A stretch of DNA of 63,878 bases, filler included, from Sandaracinaceae bacterium (GCA_947483975.1; 7 parts of 7 records of this genome joined end to end with filler, not necessarily neighbours in it); one strand, 5' to 3'; positions 54,082 through 63,336 are shown, numbered from the whole stretch's first letter. Numbers and translations: made by a program. The notes: generated from the letters alone by a model not told the origin.

Positions 54082-54184
54082 CAGCCCAACGCGTGCTGCG
54101 ATGGCGGGACCTCCGATGACCGGCGCGGAAAGGGCGCCGAATAACGGAACTCGCGAGCGGGAGACTGCGCGCCCCGCCGAGCGG

Positions 54185-54250
54185 TCAGCGGACGCAGCGG
54201 GCGCGACAGGCGTGGCGCAGGCGAGTCACCATGGCCACGCCCCAACACGC
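54185..54250 (-). pseudogene. Orphan DUF1566-type C-terminal fragment
   Basis: Reads CWGV-x10-RARCVR*, echoing GWGV-x16-RARCVR* of the intact gene. Confidence 0.5.
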
Positions 54251-54338
54251 AGCCGCGCGGCTGTGACCTGCACGAGCGCCGCGCTCGACGTTCGTACACC
54301 GGTCAGAGTGTCGAAACGTCGAGCAGTCAACCCCGTCG

Positions 54339-55484
54339 CTAACGCACGCAGCGCGCGCGGTAATATTGCCCGTCGTAGTGGACGACCGCGTCGCCGGAGC
54401 CGAAATGGACGCCCCACCCTTGGGAGGATGGCAAACCGGGATAAGAGGATGACGACCAGAACTCCTCAACCACGATGGAGCCCAGGATTCTGCTTGGGAA
54501 GTACGCGAGGTCGATCGCCGGAGACAAGACCGTCTCGTCGACGAGCGTCTGCAGCTCGGCGACGGTCGGGAGCCGCCAGCCGCCGCCGCTCGGCATGGTC
54601 AGCGTCGAGCAGTACGCGCCGGACGCCGCTTGGTCTTGGGTCGAGGGCGACACCCCCTGCTGCCAGACGAGCCCCGTCAGGTTGTCGCGCACCGTGCCGT
54701 CGCCAACGTTGGTGAAGTGCCCGGGCGGCGCACCCATCGCGGTGCTCACGGTGTCGGTCCCTCGCACGCAGCGCGCGCGGGCGTTGAGCGAGACGCCGCC
54801 GCCGCCCGTGTACCCGTCGTTGAACTGAAGGGTCCACCGGAGGGACGGGAGGACGGCAACAGAGGATGACGACCAAAACACCTCGGCCGGCGTCCCCGGA
54901 AACGCCGCCGTGTCGATGGTCGGCCCTGGAAACGCCACCGAATAGTCCACGAGCGTCACCAGCTCGATGCGCGATGGCAGCCGCCAGTCAGTGTAGCCCT
55001 CGAGCGTCAACCCTTCGCAGTACGCGGTGGCGTCGGCCGGTCCATAGGTGCCCGCGGCCGCGTCGCGCTGCCACTCGAGCCCGGTGACGCAGTCGATCAC
55101 GGTCTCCGAGCCTGGCGCGCCAGTGACTTGATAGGTGCGGGGCTGCCCAGGTGTGCCGGGAATCGGGTACTGCGCCCAGCGAGGGTCGCCGCTGACCGGT
55201 GCGGCGCAGCGCCCGCCCATGTCAGGAGGGCCGAGATCGGGAGGACCGAGGTCGTCGGAGCCCGCGTCATCGGAGACGCCGAGGTCCGCAGCACCCGCAT
55301 CGTCCAACGTGCCGAGGTCGTCCGCGCTCGCGTCGTCGGGGGTTCCCGCGTCCTGCGGCCCGAGATCGACGCCCGGCCCCGCGTCCACGCATGCGGTCGC
55401 GTCGTCGTCGCCACAGCCCACCATGAACATGCCCAGCAGCGCCGCTACGGTCGCCCAGCCCGCCATCCCGCGCTTCGTCATCAT
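54339..55484 (-). CDS. Lipoprotein with two DUF1566 (Lcl C-terminal) domains
   Basis: Lipobox MVGC; DAG/DLG linker; two copies of D..TGL.WQ..C..L..WRLP...EL.TLVD..FWSSS..ARCVR. Confidence 0.9.
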   Translation of the reverse strand: MMTKRGMAGWATVAALLGMFMVGCGDDDATACVDAGPGVDLGPQDAGTPDDASADDLGTLDDAGAADLGVSDDAGSDDLGPPDLGPPDMGGRCAAPVSGDPRWAQYPIPGTPGQPRTYQVTGAPGSETVIDCVTGLEWQRDAAAGTYGPADATAYCEGLTLEGYTDWRLPSRIELVTLVDYSVAFPGPTIDTAAFPGTPAEVFWSSSSVAVLPSLRWTLQFNDGYTGGGGVSLNARARCVRGTDTVSTAMGAPPGHFTNVGDGTVRDNLTGLVWQQGVSPSTQDQAASGAYCSTLTMPSGGGWRLPTVAELQTLVDETVLSPAIDLAYFPSRILGSIVVEEFWSSSSYPGLPSSQGWGVHFGSGDAVVHYDGQYYRARCVR

Positions 55485-55576
55485 GGGCTTTCTCGTCGGT
55501 ACGACTGCCGCACGCTTGGACGGCGAGACTATCGACGGTCGGCGCAGGCAGGTCAATCAATGACGGAAGACTGCGC

Positions 55577-55965
55577 TAGCTCAGCTTGGACGGAAAGACC
55601 CAAACGGTTGCGCCGCCTAAGCTCAGCTTGGACGGAAAGACCCAAACGGTTGCGCCGCCTAAGCTCAGCTTTGGGGGTCAGAACCAAAATGGTTGGGCGG
55701 CCAAGCTCAGCTATCCCGAGGCGGGGTTGGAGGCTCTGAGCGCCAAGCTCAGCTTAGGCGGCAGCCCCTGGAAATCGCTCCGCCCAAGCTCAGCTTAGGG
55801 GGTCAGAACCAAAACGGTCGGGCGGCCAAGCTCAGCTATCCCGAGGCAACCTGGAGGTTGCGAGCGCCAAGCTGAGCTTAGGCGGGGAACCCTTTTGGGT
55901 TGTCAGCGCCAAGCTCAGCTATCCCGAGACAACCTGGCGGTCCTGAGCGCCAAGCTCAGCTTAGG
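55577..55965. repeat. Array of ten palindromic AAGCT(C/G)AGCT(T/A) cores with ~30-bp variable spacers
   Basis: Cores at 55577, 55619, 55661, 55703, 55745, 55786, 55828, 55869, 55911, 55952 (period 41-42). The first core begins TAGCT. Confidence 0.95.
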
Positions 55966-56020
55966 CAGACCGACCGTGCGACAGCTGCACATCGCGTCGC
56001 GCCGCGGCCTGCCCGTCAGC

Positions 56021-56148
56021 TCACTCCGTCGCCGTCGGCAGCGTGATGTGGAGCAGGCGCTCGGCGTTGCCGTGATAGAGCTTCTCGAGCACCACGCGGG
56101 GCAGGCCGATGCCGTCGATGGTCCAGTCGCCCTGGATCGGCGTCGGGC
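56021..56148 (-). CDS. Amidohydrolase family C-terminus (partial)
   Basis: Manual translation QGDWTIDGIGLPRVVLEKLYHGNAERLL. Confidence 0.7.
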
Positions 56149-56248
56149 NNNNNNNNNNNNNNNNNNNNNNNNNNNNNNNNNNNNNNNNNNNNTTAATTAA
56201 TTAANNNNNNNNNNNNNNNNNNNNNNNNNNNNNNNNNNNNNNNNNNNN
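56149..56248. other. Artificial contig linker
   Basis: N44-TTAATTAATTAA-N44. Confidence 0.99.
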
Positions 56249-56503
56249 CACGCGCAGCGGCCGGGTCACGCGCCCCGACTGCGCGAGCCGCGCGGCGAGC
56301 AGCCCGCCGAGCCCGAGTCCCGCCATCAGCGCGGCGAGCGTCACCGCCGCGCCGAACGCGCTGATCCCTAGCGCGAGCCCCGCGTGGTGCTGCCAGAGCA
56401 CCTCCCAGGTGAGCCCTGCGGCGCCGGACACGAGCACGGCGAGCCAGAGCGCGACGCGCGCGCCGAGAGCGCCCGTGAGCGGCGGAGCGGCGGATGCGTT
56501 CAC
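56249..56503 (-). CDS. Fused MFS/spermidine-synthase-like membrane protein N-terminus (partial)
   Basis: SGAAGLTWEVLW..LG....A..LAALMAGLGLGG. Confidence 0.7.
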
Positions 56504-56513
56504 CGCGCGGCTC

Positions 56514-57293
56514 TCAGACGTAGCCGAGCACGAGCGCGCGGGCGAGCAGGTAGAAGCCGTCGACGAGCACGAGCAGCAAGAGCTTGAACGGCAGGCTGAC
56601 CGTCGTCGGCGAGAGCATGTGCATCCCGAGCGCGAGCAGCACGTTCGCGACGACCATGTCGATCACGAGAAAAGGCAAGAACACGAGAAAGCCGATTTGA
56701 AAGGCCTCCGTCAGCTCCGTGATCAGGAACGCCGGGAGCACGACGAGGAAGTCCGTCTCGCGAAGATCTGCGCGCTGCGCTGAGGGGCGCGCGCGCCGCG
56801 CGAGGTCGAGGAACAGGCGCTTCTCGCGCACGCTGGCGTTGCGCGCGAGGAACGCGACGAGCGGCGCCTTGCCGGCGCGGAGCGCGTCGAGCACGGCGTC
56901 GGCGCTCTCGCCCGCGAGCGGATCGTTCGTGTCGATGCGGGCGACGATCGGTGAGACGGCGTCGGCGATCTGCTGCCCAACGGGCGCCATCACGTAGAGC
57001 GTCAGGATCGCGGCGAGCGCGGTGATGATGGTGCCCGACGGCACCTGCCCTGTGCCGAGCGCGTTGCGCAAGATCGAGAAGACGACGGACATCTTCACGA
57101 ACGACGTCGCCGTCATGAAGATGAACGGCACGAGCGAGAGCACGCCGAGCGCGACGAGCGTGAGCACGGGCTTGCTCGTCGCGAGGTTGCCGACGGCGTC
57201 TTGCGCGCGCGCCGACGACGCGACGAAGGCGGGCGCAATCAGGACGACGAAGAGCGCGCTCACGCCGAGCGCAAGCCGACGCGCGACGCCCAT
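56514..57293 (-). CDS. sctR: Type III export gate protein SctR/FliP
   Basis: TSFVKMSVVFSILRNALGTGQVP, PAFLITEL..AFQIGF..FLPFLVID.VVANVLLALGM.MLSP..VSLPFKLLL.VLVDG. Start is uncertain (57293-57368). Confidence 0.9.
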   Translation of the reverse strand: MGVARRLALGVSALFVVLIAPAFVASSARAQDAVGNLATSKPVLTLVALGVLSLVPFIFMTATSFVKMSVVFSILRNALGTGQVPSGTIITALAAILTLYVMAPVGQQIADAVSPIVARIDTNDPLAGESADAVLDALRAGKAPLVAFLARNASVREKRLFLDLARRARPSAQRADLRETDFLVVLPAFLITELTEAFQIGFLVFLPFLVIDMVVANVLLALGMHMLSPTTVSLPFKLLLLVLVDGFYLLARALVLGYV

Positions 57294-57471
57294 CGTTCGC
57301 GAGGGCGCGCGACGCGGCGAGCGTGCGGGGCGCGGCTCGAGACGACGCATCGGGGTGGACGTTCGCACGGCGCCGCTGACGGACGCAAGAAGACGCGCGC
57401 ACGGCGGGCCGGCACGCGTCTCTTGCTCAGCGAACGCTCGACTAGCTACGCCGCGAGGCGTAGCCGGAAGG

Positions 57472-57594
57472 TCACTTCTTCGCGGGCGGTGCCGAGGCCT
57501 GCGCGGCCTCCTGCTTCTCGCGCCACTTGAGGAGCTTCTTCGTCGCGCGGTGCTTCTGCTTCTTCCGGGCCGGGGGATCCTGCGGGCTGCTCAT
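57472..57594 (-). CDS. 40-aa basic small protein
   Basis: Manual translation MSSPQDPPARKKQKHRATKKLLKWREKQEAAQASAPPAKK*; nearly all third positions are G/C. Confidence 0.6.
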   Translation of the reverse strand: MSSPQDPPARKKQKHRATKKLLKWREKQEAAQASAPPAKK

Positions 57595-57684
57595 GGCGGC
57601 CGTGTATACGGAGATCTCGGCGCGAAGGCAACCCGTACGACGCACCTGGCTCAGATGCGTTGCGACGCGCTACCCTCGCGGCCG

Positions 57685-58071
57685 ATGGGCGTGCTCCTCC
57701 AGACCGCGCAAGAACTCCCTGGAGGCTACGGCCTCGTGCTGCTGCAGACGCTGTTTGCGCTCGCTGGCGTCTGCGTGCTCGCGTGGGTGGTGCTGCGCTG
57801 GGGCGCGCGGCGGGGCCTCGGGATGGGCGCGTTGGGCGGGCGCGTGCGGGTGCTGGAGCGCATCGCCCTCGATCCGCGGCGCTCGCTCTACATCGTCAAG
57901 GTCGGTGAGCGCGTGCTCTTGCTCGGCGCTGGCGATGGCGGCTCTCCGTCCCTGCTCACGGAGATCGACCCAGACACGCTCCCGCCCGAGGCTGCGCCGA
58001 AGCCACCGGGCGAAGCCTTTCGCGAGGTGCTCGGGCGACTCACGGGCCGCGCGAAGCCGCCAGCGGAATAG
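57685..58071 (+). CDS. fliO: FliO-like protein
   Basis: One TM, then VRVLERIALDPRRSLYIVKVGERVLLLG. Confidence 0.8.
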   Translation: MGVLLQTAQELPGGYGLVLLQTLFALAGVCVLAWVVLRWGARRGLGMGALGGRVRVLERIALDPRRSLYIVKVGERVLLLGAGDGGSPSLLTEIDPDTLPPEAAPKPPGEAFREVLGRLTGRAKPPAE

Positions 58072-58096
58072 GCGCGCGCGACGCAGCGCGCCGTGG

Positions 58097-58618
58097 TCAG
58101 CGCTTGAGCGTACCGAGCGCCGCCTTCAGGAGCGGCGAGAGGCTCTTGAACGGCTCTGCCGGGTCGATCGCACCGCGCACCGCGCCAGGCTCGCTCGCGA
58201 GGGCGACCCAGCGCGCGGCGAACGCCTCGGAGCCGAGCAGCGCGACGGGCGGGCGCGGCTCGCTGCGCATACGCCAGTGGGAGGCGAGGCGCTCCATCGT
58301 GTCGTTCGACGGACTCGTGCCCGCCTCGCAGACGACGAGCGCGTCGAGATGCACGACCATCGCGTCGATCGCCTTTCCGTGCGCGGTCGTCCACGGGTCC
58401 GTGCCGTAGCCGTGGAAGCGGAACGACGTCTTCCAGCCCTTGATGTCGCCGAGCGAGAGAACCGCGGACAGATAGCCGCTCAGCGGGTCGGCGGCGTCTA
58501 CGAGCGCGGCGCCGGCGTTGGCGCGCGCGTGCACCGCCGAGAGGAGCATCCCCGTCGCGCCACCGACGACCAAGACTTGAAGCTCGATCGACTGCTCTTC
58601 GGCGGAGACGCTCGCCAC
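58097..58618 (-). CDS. Degenerate MglA-like small GTPase homolog
   Basis: LSLGDIKGWKTSFRFH resembles MglA LSLGEIRGFKTRFHLY; no GxxxxGKT and no NKxD. Confidence 0.6.
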   Translation of the reverse strand: MASVSAEEQSIELQVLVVGGATGMLLSAVHARANAGAALVDAADPLSGYLSAVLSLGDIKGWKTSFRFHGYGTDPWTTAHGKAIDAMVVHLDALVVCEAGTSPSNDTMERLASHWRMRSEPRPPVALLGSEAFAARWVALASEPGAVRGAIDPAEPFKSLSPLLKAALGTLKR

Positions 58619-58622
58619 CGGC

Positions 58623-60788
58623 TCACTCCGCCGCGTCGGCGAGCGCGCCCGACTTCTTCGAGAAGTCCACCGAGAGCGCCAACATCTCCGCGATGTCGAG
58701 CTGCTTCACGTCGTCCGCCTTGTCCTCGTCCTTGATGCCGTCCGAGATCATCGTCATGCAGAACGGGCACGCCGAGGCGACCGTGGTCGCGCCGGTGTCG
58801 AGGAGCTGCAGCGTCCGCTTCTTGTTCACGCGGTGCTCGGGCTCCTCCTCCATCCACATGCGCGCGCCGCCGGCGCCGCAGCAGAGCCCCTTGTTCTTGC
58901 TCCAGTACGGGACCTCGACGAGCTCGACGCCGGGGATCTTCGAGAGGATCTCGCGGGGGGAGTCGTAGACGTCGTTGTAGCGACCGAGGTAGCAGCTGTC
59001 GTGATAGACGACGCGCCCGGTGACGGCCTTCTCCGGCACGAGCTTGCCGCGCGCGACGAGCCCGTTGAGGAAGTCCGTGTGATGCACGACCTCGTACTTG
59101 CCGCCGAGCTGCGGATACTCGTTCGCGAGCGTGTTGAAGCAGTGCGGACACGCGGCGAGGATCGGCTTCTTGTCGATGCCGTAGCCGTTGAGCGTCTCGA
59201 TGTTGCCCTTCGCGAGCTCCTGAAAGAGGTACTCGTTGCCCGCGCGGCGCGCGGTGTCGCCGGTGCAGTTCTCCTCGGTTCCGAGGATCGCGAACTTCAC
59301 GCCCGCGTGCTTGAGCAGCTGCACGACGGCGCGCGCCACCTTCTTTGCGCGGTCGTCGTAGCTCGCCGCGCAGCCGACCCAGTAGAGCACGTCGAACTCG
59401 ACGCCCTCGCCGACGACCGGCACCTCGAGCCCATCGGCCCAGTCCGCGCGCGACATACGCGAGATGTTCCAGGGGTTGCCGTTCGTCTCCATGCCGCGGA
59501 AGGGCTTCTCGAGATCGGACGGGAACTCGTTCTTCGCCATCACCTGATCGCGGCGCAGGCCGACGATCTTGTCGACGTACGAGATCATCACCGGGCACTG
59601 CTCTTCGCAGGCGCGGCAGGTCGTACACGCCCAGATCACGCTCGGGTCGACGAGGTTCGTCACGAACTCGACGTCGCTCGAGTCGCGGAAATAGCCGCCC
59701 TCGGGCGCGTGCGGCGTCGTGTGCAGCGGCGGGCGATTGCCGTCCGCGTCGGGCCCGATGTCGTGCGCGCCCATCACGGGCACGTCGCCCGCGCCGATCA
59801 GCGCCTTCTCGGCGTCGTTCAGGTGATCGCGGAGCGCGAGCGTGAGGTGCTTCGGCGAGAGCTTCTTGCCCGTCGTGAACGCGGGGCAGTTGTCGCTGCA
59901 GCGCCCGCACTCGGTGCAGGTGTAGAGGTCGAGGTTGTCCTTCCACGAGAGGTCGCGGGCGGAGCGGATGCCGATCGGCTCCTCGCGCTCGATCTTGCCC
60001 TCGATGTCCTCGACCATCGGCAGCTGCCCGCGCGGGGTGCGGTTGCGCGTGAAGACGTTCGGCAGCGCGGTGATGATGTGGAAGTGCTTCGAGTAGGGGA
60101 GCAGGTTGCCGAAGAACAGCACCATGCCGGAGTGCCACCAGAAGCCGGTGTGCTCGAGGCAGCGGAGCCCGGCGTTCGACATGCTGCCGATCATGATCGC
60201 GACCACCGAGCCGACGGGCTCGTAGAGATCGAAGTGCGGCGAGACGCCGGCGATGCGGGCCTCGCGCGCGCCCATCGCGCCGACGTAGAGGAAGTCCGCG
60301 AGCATCATCGTGATGATGATCCCGAGGATGATCAGCCCCTCTGCGCTCAGCGTCATGCGCTGCGAGCGCGCGACGACGCGCAGGTAGACGAAGACGAGCG
60401 CGCCGGCGATGACGGCCAGGCCGAACAGCTCCTTGACGAGGCTGTAGCCGTCGCCGAGGCAGGTGCCGCGGGCGAAGAGGCCGAAGAGGTCGAAGTGCTC
60501 ATCGAAGCCGCGTCCCCAGAGGAGCACGGTGTTCAGCGAGAGCACGCCGAAGCCGAAGAACACCATCACGTGCGCGATGCCAGGCAGCGCGTAGCGGCCC
60601 TGCGGCATACGCCTCTGCCCGATCGCGTAGATCGCGACGTCTTTGAGCCTCTCGAAGAGCTCTCCGTTGGCGAGCGTGAAGCGTGGCTCGGACGTGCCCG
60701 AGAAGAGCTGCGCCCAGCGGCGGCTCGCCGTCCAGGCAAAGAAGCCGGCGGCAGCCACCAGCGCGAGAGTCATCGCGATAGGGTTCAT
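58623..60788 (-). CDS. Membrane Fe-S oxidoreductase (FadF/HdrD-like)
   Basis: TM region, CTECGRC..CP, CTTCRACEEQCP, CCG-type domains (YHDSCYLGR, CCGAGG, ACPFC). Confidence 0.92.
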   Translation of the reverse strand: MNPIAMTLALVAAAGFFAWTASRRWAQLFSGTSEPRFTLANGELFERLKDVAIYAIGQRRMPQGRYALPGIAHVMVFFGFGVLSLNTVLLWGRGFDEHFDLFGLFARGTCLGDGYSLVKELFGLAVIAGALVFVYLRVVARSQRMTLSAEGLIILGIIITMMLADFLYVGAMGAREARIAGVSPHFDLYEPVGSVVAIMIGSMSNAGLRCLEHTGFWWHSGMVLFFGNLLPYSKHFHIITALPNVFTRNRTPRGQLPMVEDIEGKIEREEPIGIRSARDLSWKDNLDLYTCTECGRCSDNCPAFTTGKKLSPKHLTLALRDHLNDAEKALIGAGDVPVMGAHDIGPDADGNRPPLHTTPHAPEGGYFRDSSDVEFVTNLVDPSVIWACTTCRACEEQCPVMISYVDKIVGLRRDQVMAKNEFPSDLEKPFRGMETNGNPWNISRMSRADWADGLEVPVVGEGVEFDVLYWVGCAASYDDRAKKVARAVVQLLKHAGVKFAILGTEENCTGDTARRAGNEYLFQELAKGNIETLNGYGIDKKPILAACPHCFNTLANEYPQLGGKYEVVHHTDFLNGLVARGKLVPEKAVTGRVVYHDSCYLGRYNDVYDSPREILSKIPGVELVEVPYWSKNKGLCCGAGGARMWMEEEPEHRVNKKRTLQLLDTGATTVASACPFCMTMISDGIKDEDKADDVKQLDIAEMLALSVDFSKKSGALADAAE

Positions 60789-60915
60789 GGCGCCTCCGAT
60801 ATAGACGCGAACGTGGCGTCTTACCAGAGCGAACTGCGCACCGCGTCAAGGCCCAGAAAACAGCAGCGGCTGCCCCTCGCGAGAGAGACAGCCGCGGACG
60901 TCGATTTACGGTCGA

Positions 60916-61467
60916 TTACTTCGGGAGCTTGGCGTCGAAGAACGCGCGGAGCTTGATGAGGTTCTTCTCCTCGCGGGAGAAGCTCGGCGACTCGTACGAC
61001 TTCGCGAAGCCGCGGACGTCGGAGAGGAACTCGCCGCGGACGCTCTCGTCGCCGAGGATATCGTCGACCGAGCGACCGCGCGCGGCGCCCTTGCGCAGGC
61101 CCTTCACGTACGCTTCGAGGCGCCCGTAGTCCTTGTCGAGGTACTCGCGGAGCATGTCGCAGTCGTTCGCGAGGACGTTGATCGGCCGGAGCGTCTCGGC
61201 GGCGGTCTCGCCGGTATCCTCGCGGAGCGCGAGGTCGGCGGCGACGCGGAGCACGAAGGCGTCGTCGAGATAGCCGATGTCGTCGATGCCATCCGGGATG
61301 AGATCGAGCGACTTGAAGAGGTAGTTGAGGCCGCCCGCGACGGCCTGCGCAGCGGCGGGGGAGAGGCCCTTCTCGCCGAGGAGCGCCGCGAGGTGCTCGG
61401 CATCGTCCCCGAGACTGCGGAGCCACGTCGGGAAGGTGTCGAGATACTTGGCAGTCTGGTCGCTCAT
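60916..61467 (-). CDS. DUF1232 (YkvA-like) protein
   Basis: YLFKSLDLIPDGIDDIGYLDD; GGAGG RBS. Confidence 0.8.
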   Translation of the reverse strand: MSDQTAKYLDTFPTWLRSLGDDAEHLAALLGEKGLSPAAAQAVAGGLNYLFKSLDLIPDGIDDIGYLDDAFVLRVAADLALREDTGETAAETLRPINVLANDCDMLREYLDKDYGRLEAYVKGLRKGAARGRSVDDILGDESVRGEFLSDVRGFAKSYESPSFSREEKNLIKLRAFFDAKLPK

Positions 61468-61606
61468 CGCTCCTCCGCGGGACCCAAACGGGCCCCTGAT
61501 TTTTCGCAGGGCCGGAGGGTAGCCTATCGCCGACGCGCGATTCAAGCGTGGCGCGCAAGACACCGTTTGGACTCGCGGGCGACCGCAGGTATCCTCCGCT
61601 CCCGAC

Positions 61607-62725
61607 ATGCAACGGCTCGCCGCAACCGCCTGGTCTCTACTCCTCGGGCTCGCGCTCTGCGCCGCGCCTGCGTCCGCGCAGCAGCTCACGCCCGTCCAGC
61701 CTGCGCCTGCGCAGCCTGCGGTCGGGCAGCCTGCGGTCGCGCAGCCCGCTCCTGCGCAAGCGGAGCCCGCCGCGCAGCCGCCTCAAGCGCCAGTCGCCCA
61801 GGCACCCGTCGCGCAGGCACCCGCGCCGCGCATCGTGCTGCCGATCGTCGTGATCTCCCTACCGGATCGGTCGGTGGCGGCTCCCGTCGCGCTCGCGATC
61901 CGCGACGCGATCGTCGCGGGACTCGCGCCGAGCGCGGGCGGGCGCCCCGTCGTCGCGCTGCCGGACGAGGCGCGCATCGCGGCGATCGCGAGCTGCCACG
62001 ACGCGATCTGCACCGGCGCGCGGCTCGCGGAGCTTCAGGCGATGACGGGCGTCATCGTGCGCGCCACGCGGCGCAATCGCCTCGCGCCGGTCGACGTGCG
62101 CGTCGAGATGCTCGACCCAGTGAGCGGCGCAGGGCGGCTCGCGGCGCCCGTCGCCGTGCAGGTGCCGGTGGCCGCGGAGGGCTCGCCCGCCGCGACGCTC
62201 GCCGCCATGATCGCGCAGCTCGTCCCGGCGATGCCATCTCCCCCGCCGCCGCCCGCGACGCTGCTCATCGTGACCAACGTCGACGACGCGCTCGTGACGG
62301 TCGATGGGCGCGAGGTCGGGCACGCGCCGATCGCGCCGATCGAGCTGCCGCAAGGCCGCTACAACGTCGTCGTGACGGTGCGCGGCTGGCGCACGTCGAG
62401 CCGCATGGTGCAGGTGCCGGAGACGGGCGCACAGCGCGCCGACTTCGATCTCGAGCCCGAGCCGGAGACGCTCTCGGCGCTCGAGTCCGCGCGCGGCTGG
62501 TCGGGCGGCGGAGGCAGCAGCGGCGGAAGCGGCGGCGGCGCGTTCGACGGCGGTGTTGACAGCAGCGAGGACAGCACGCCGCTCTACGCGCGCTGGTACG
62601 TCATCGGCGGCGCGGCGGCGGTCGTCGTCGCGACGGTCGTCATCATCGCGGTCGCCGCGAGCTCCGGCGGCACCGAGGTCGGCCCACCCGCTGGCATTCC
62701 CATCCCTCCCATCCAGGCCCCCTGA
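61607..62725 (+). CDS. PEGA-domain exported protein
   Basis: Signal peptide, TNVDDALVTVDGREVGHAP..LPQGRYNV, C-terminal PLYARWY hydrophobic segment. Confidence 0.85.
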   Translation: MQRLAATAWSLLLGLALCAAPASAQQLTPVQPAPAQPAVGQPAVAQPAPAQAEPAAQPPQAPVAQAPVAQAPAPRIVLPIVVISLPDRSVAAPVALAIRDAIVAGLAPSAGGRPVVALPDEARIAAIASCHDAICTGARLAELQAMTGVIVRATRRNRLAPVDVRVEMLDPVSGAGRLAAPVAVQVPVAAEGSPAATLAAMIAQLVPAMPSPPPPPATLLIVTNVDDALVTVDGREVGHAPIAPIELPQGRYNVVVTVRGWRTSSRMVQVPETGAQRADFDLEPEPETLSALESARGWSGGGGSSGGSGGGAFDGGVDSSEDSTPLYARWYVIGGAAAVVVATVVIIAVAASSGGTEVGPPAGIPIPPIQAP

Positions 62726-62739
62726 GCGAGACGACCTCG

Positions 62740-63336
62740 ATGCCCACCACCCTTTCGCGTTCGGCTCTCTCGCTCACCCTCGTCGCGGCCCTCGCCGGCT
62801 GCGGCACCACCGTCGTGCCCGCGCCGTCCTTCACGCTGCGGGTGCGCACGGTCAGCACGCCCGCTGCGCCCGCCGTGCTGCTCGACGCCGTGGACCAGCT
62901 GGAGGTCGTGGTTCGCCCGACCGCGCCCGCGCGCTTCACGGAGCTGCCGCCTGGGTGCTCGTTCGATGACTGTGGGGGCATCCAGTGCTGCAAGTACGAG
63001 GACGGGGCTGTCGCCACATTCATCGGTGCGGTCGGCGAGTACGTCATCCGCTACGACGGGGCGTGGGTTCGCTCGCACGCGCAGGTGACGAGCGCGGGGT
63101 TCATGGTCAGCCTGCCGGTCTTCGCGACGAGCCAAGCGGACAGCCCGGGCGCGTACGATCCCACCGCCTACGGCACCGTGCTGCACGGCGCCGACCGTAT
63201 CGGCATCGGCGCGATCACGCTGCCGTGGCCGCTGCGGGGCGGCGTCGAGCAGGACTTTCCGATCATGTGCGCAGCGGGCTTCGAGCTCGAGTGCGCGAAC
63301 ATGGACCCGTCGCTGCCGTTGGACGGCGGGCCCTGA
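62740..63336 (+). CDS. Lipoprotein, unknown function
   Basis: Lipobox LAGC. Confidence 0.75.
   Translation: MPTTLSRSALSLTLVAALAGCGTTVVPAPSFTLRVRTVSTPAAPAVLLDAVDQLEVVVRPTAPARFTELPPGCSFDDCGGIQCCKYEDGAVATFIGAVGEYVIRYDGAWVRSHAQVTSAGFMVSLPVFATSQADSPGAYDPTAYGTVLHGADRIGIGAITLPWPLRGGVEQDFPIMCAAGFELECANMDPSLPLDGGP

Noticed and set aside
54185..54470. DGR template/variable repeat pair at the DUF1566 3' end
   Set aside because: The fragment differs in length and at non-A positions, and no reverse transcriptase is in the window.
55586..55875. ORFs with PKLSL/AKLSY repeats
   Set aside because: They are translations of the palindromic array and are broken by the 41-bp units.
55577..55965. Canonical CRISPR array
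   Set aside because: The conserved core is only about 11 bp, spacers are related to one another, and no cas gene is present. Kept as a non-CRISPR array.
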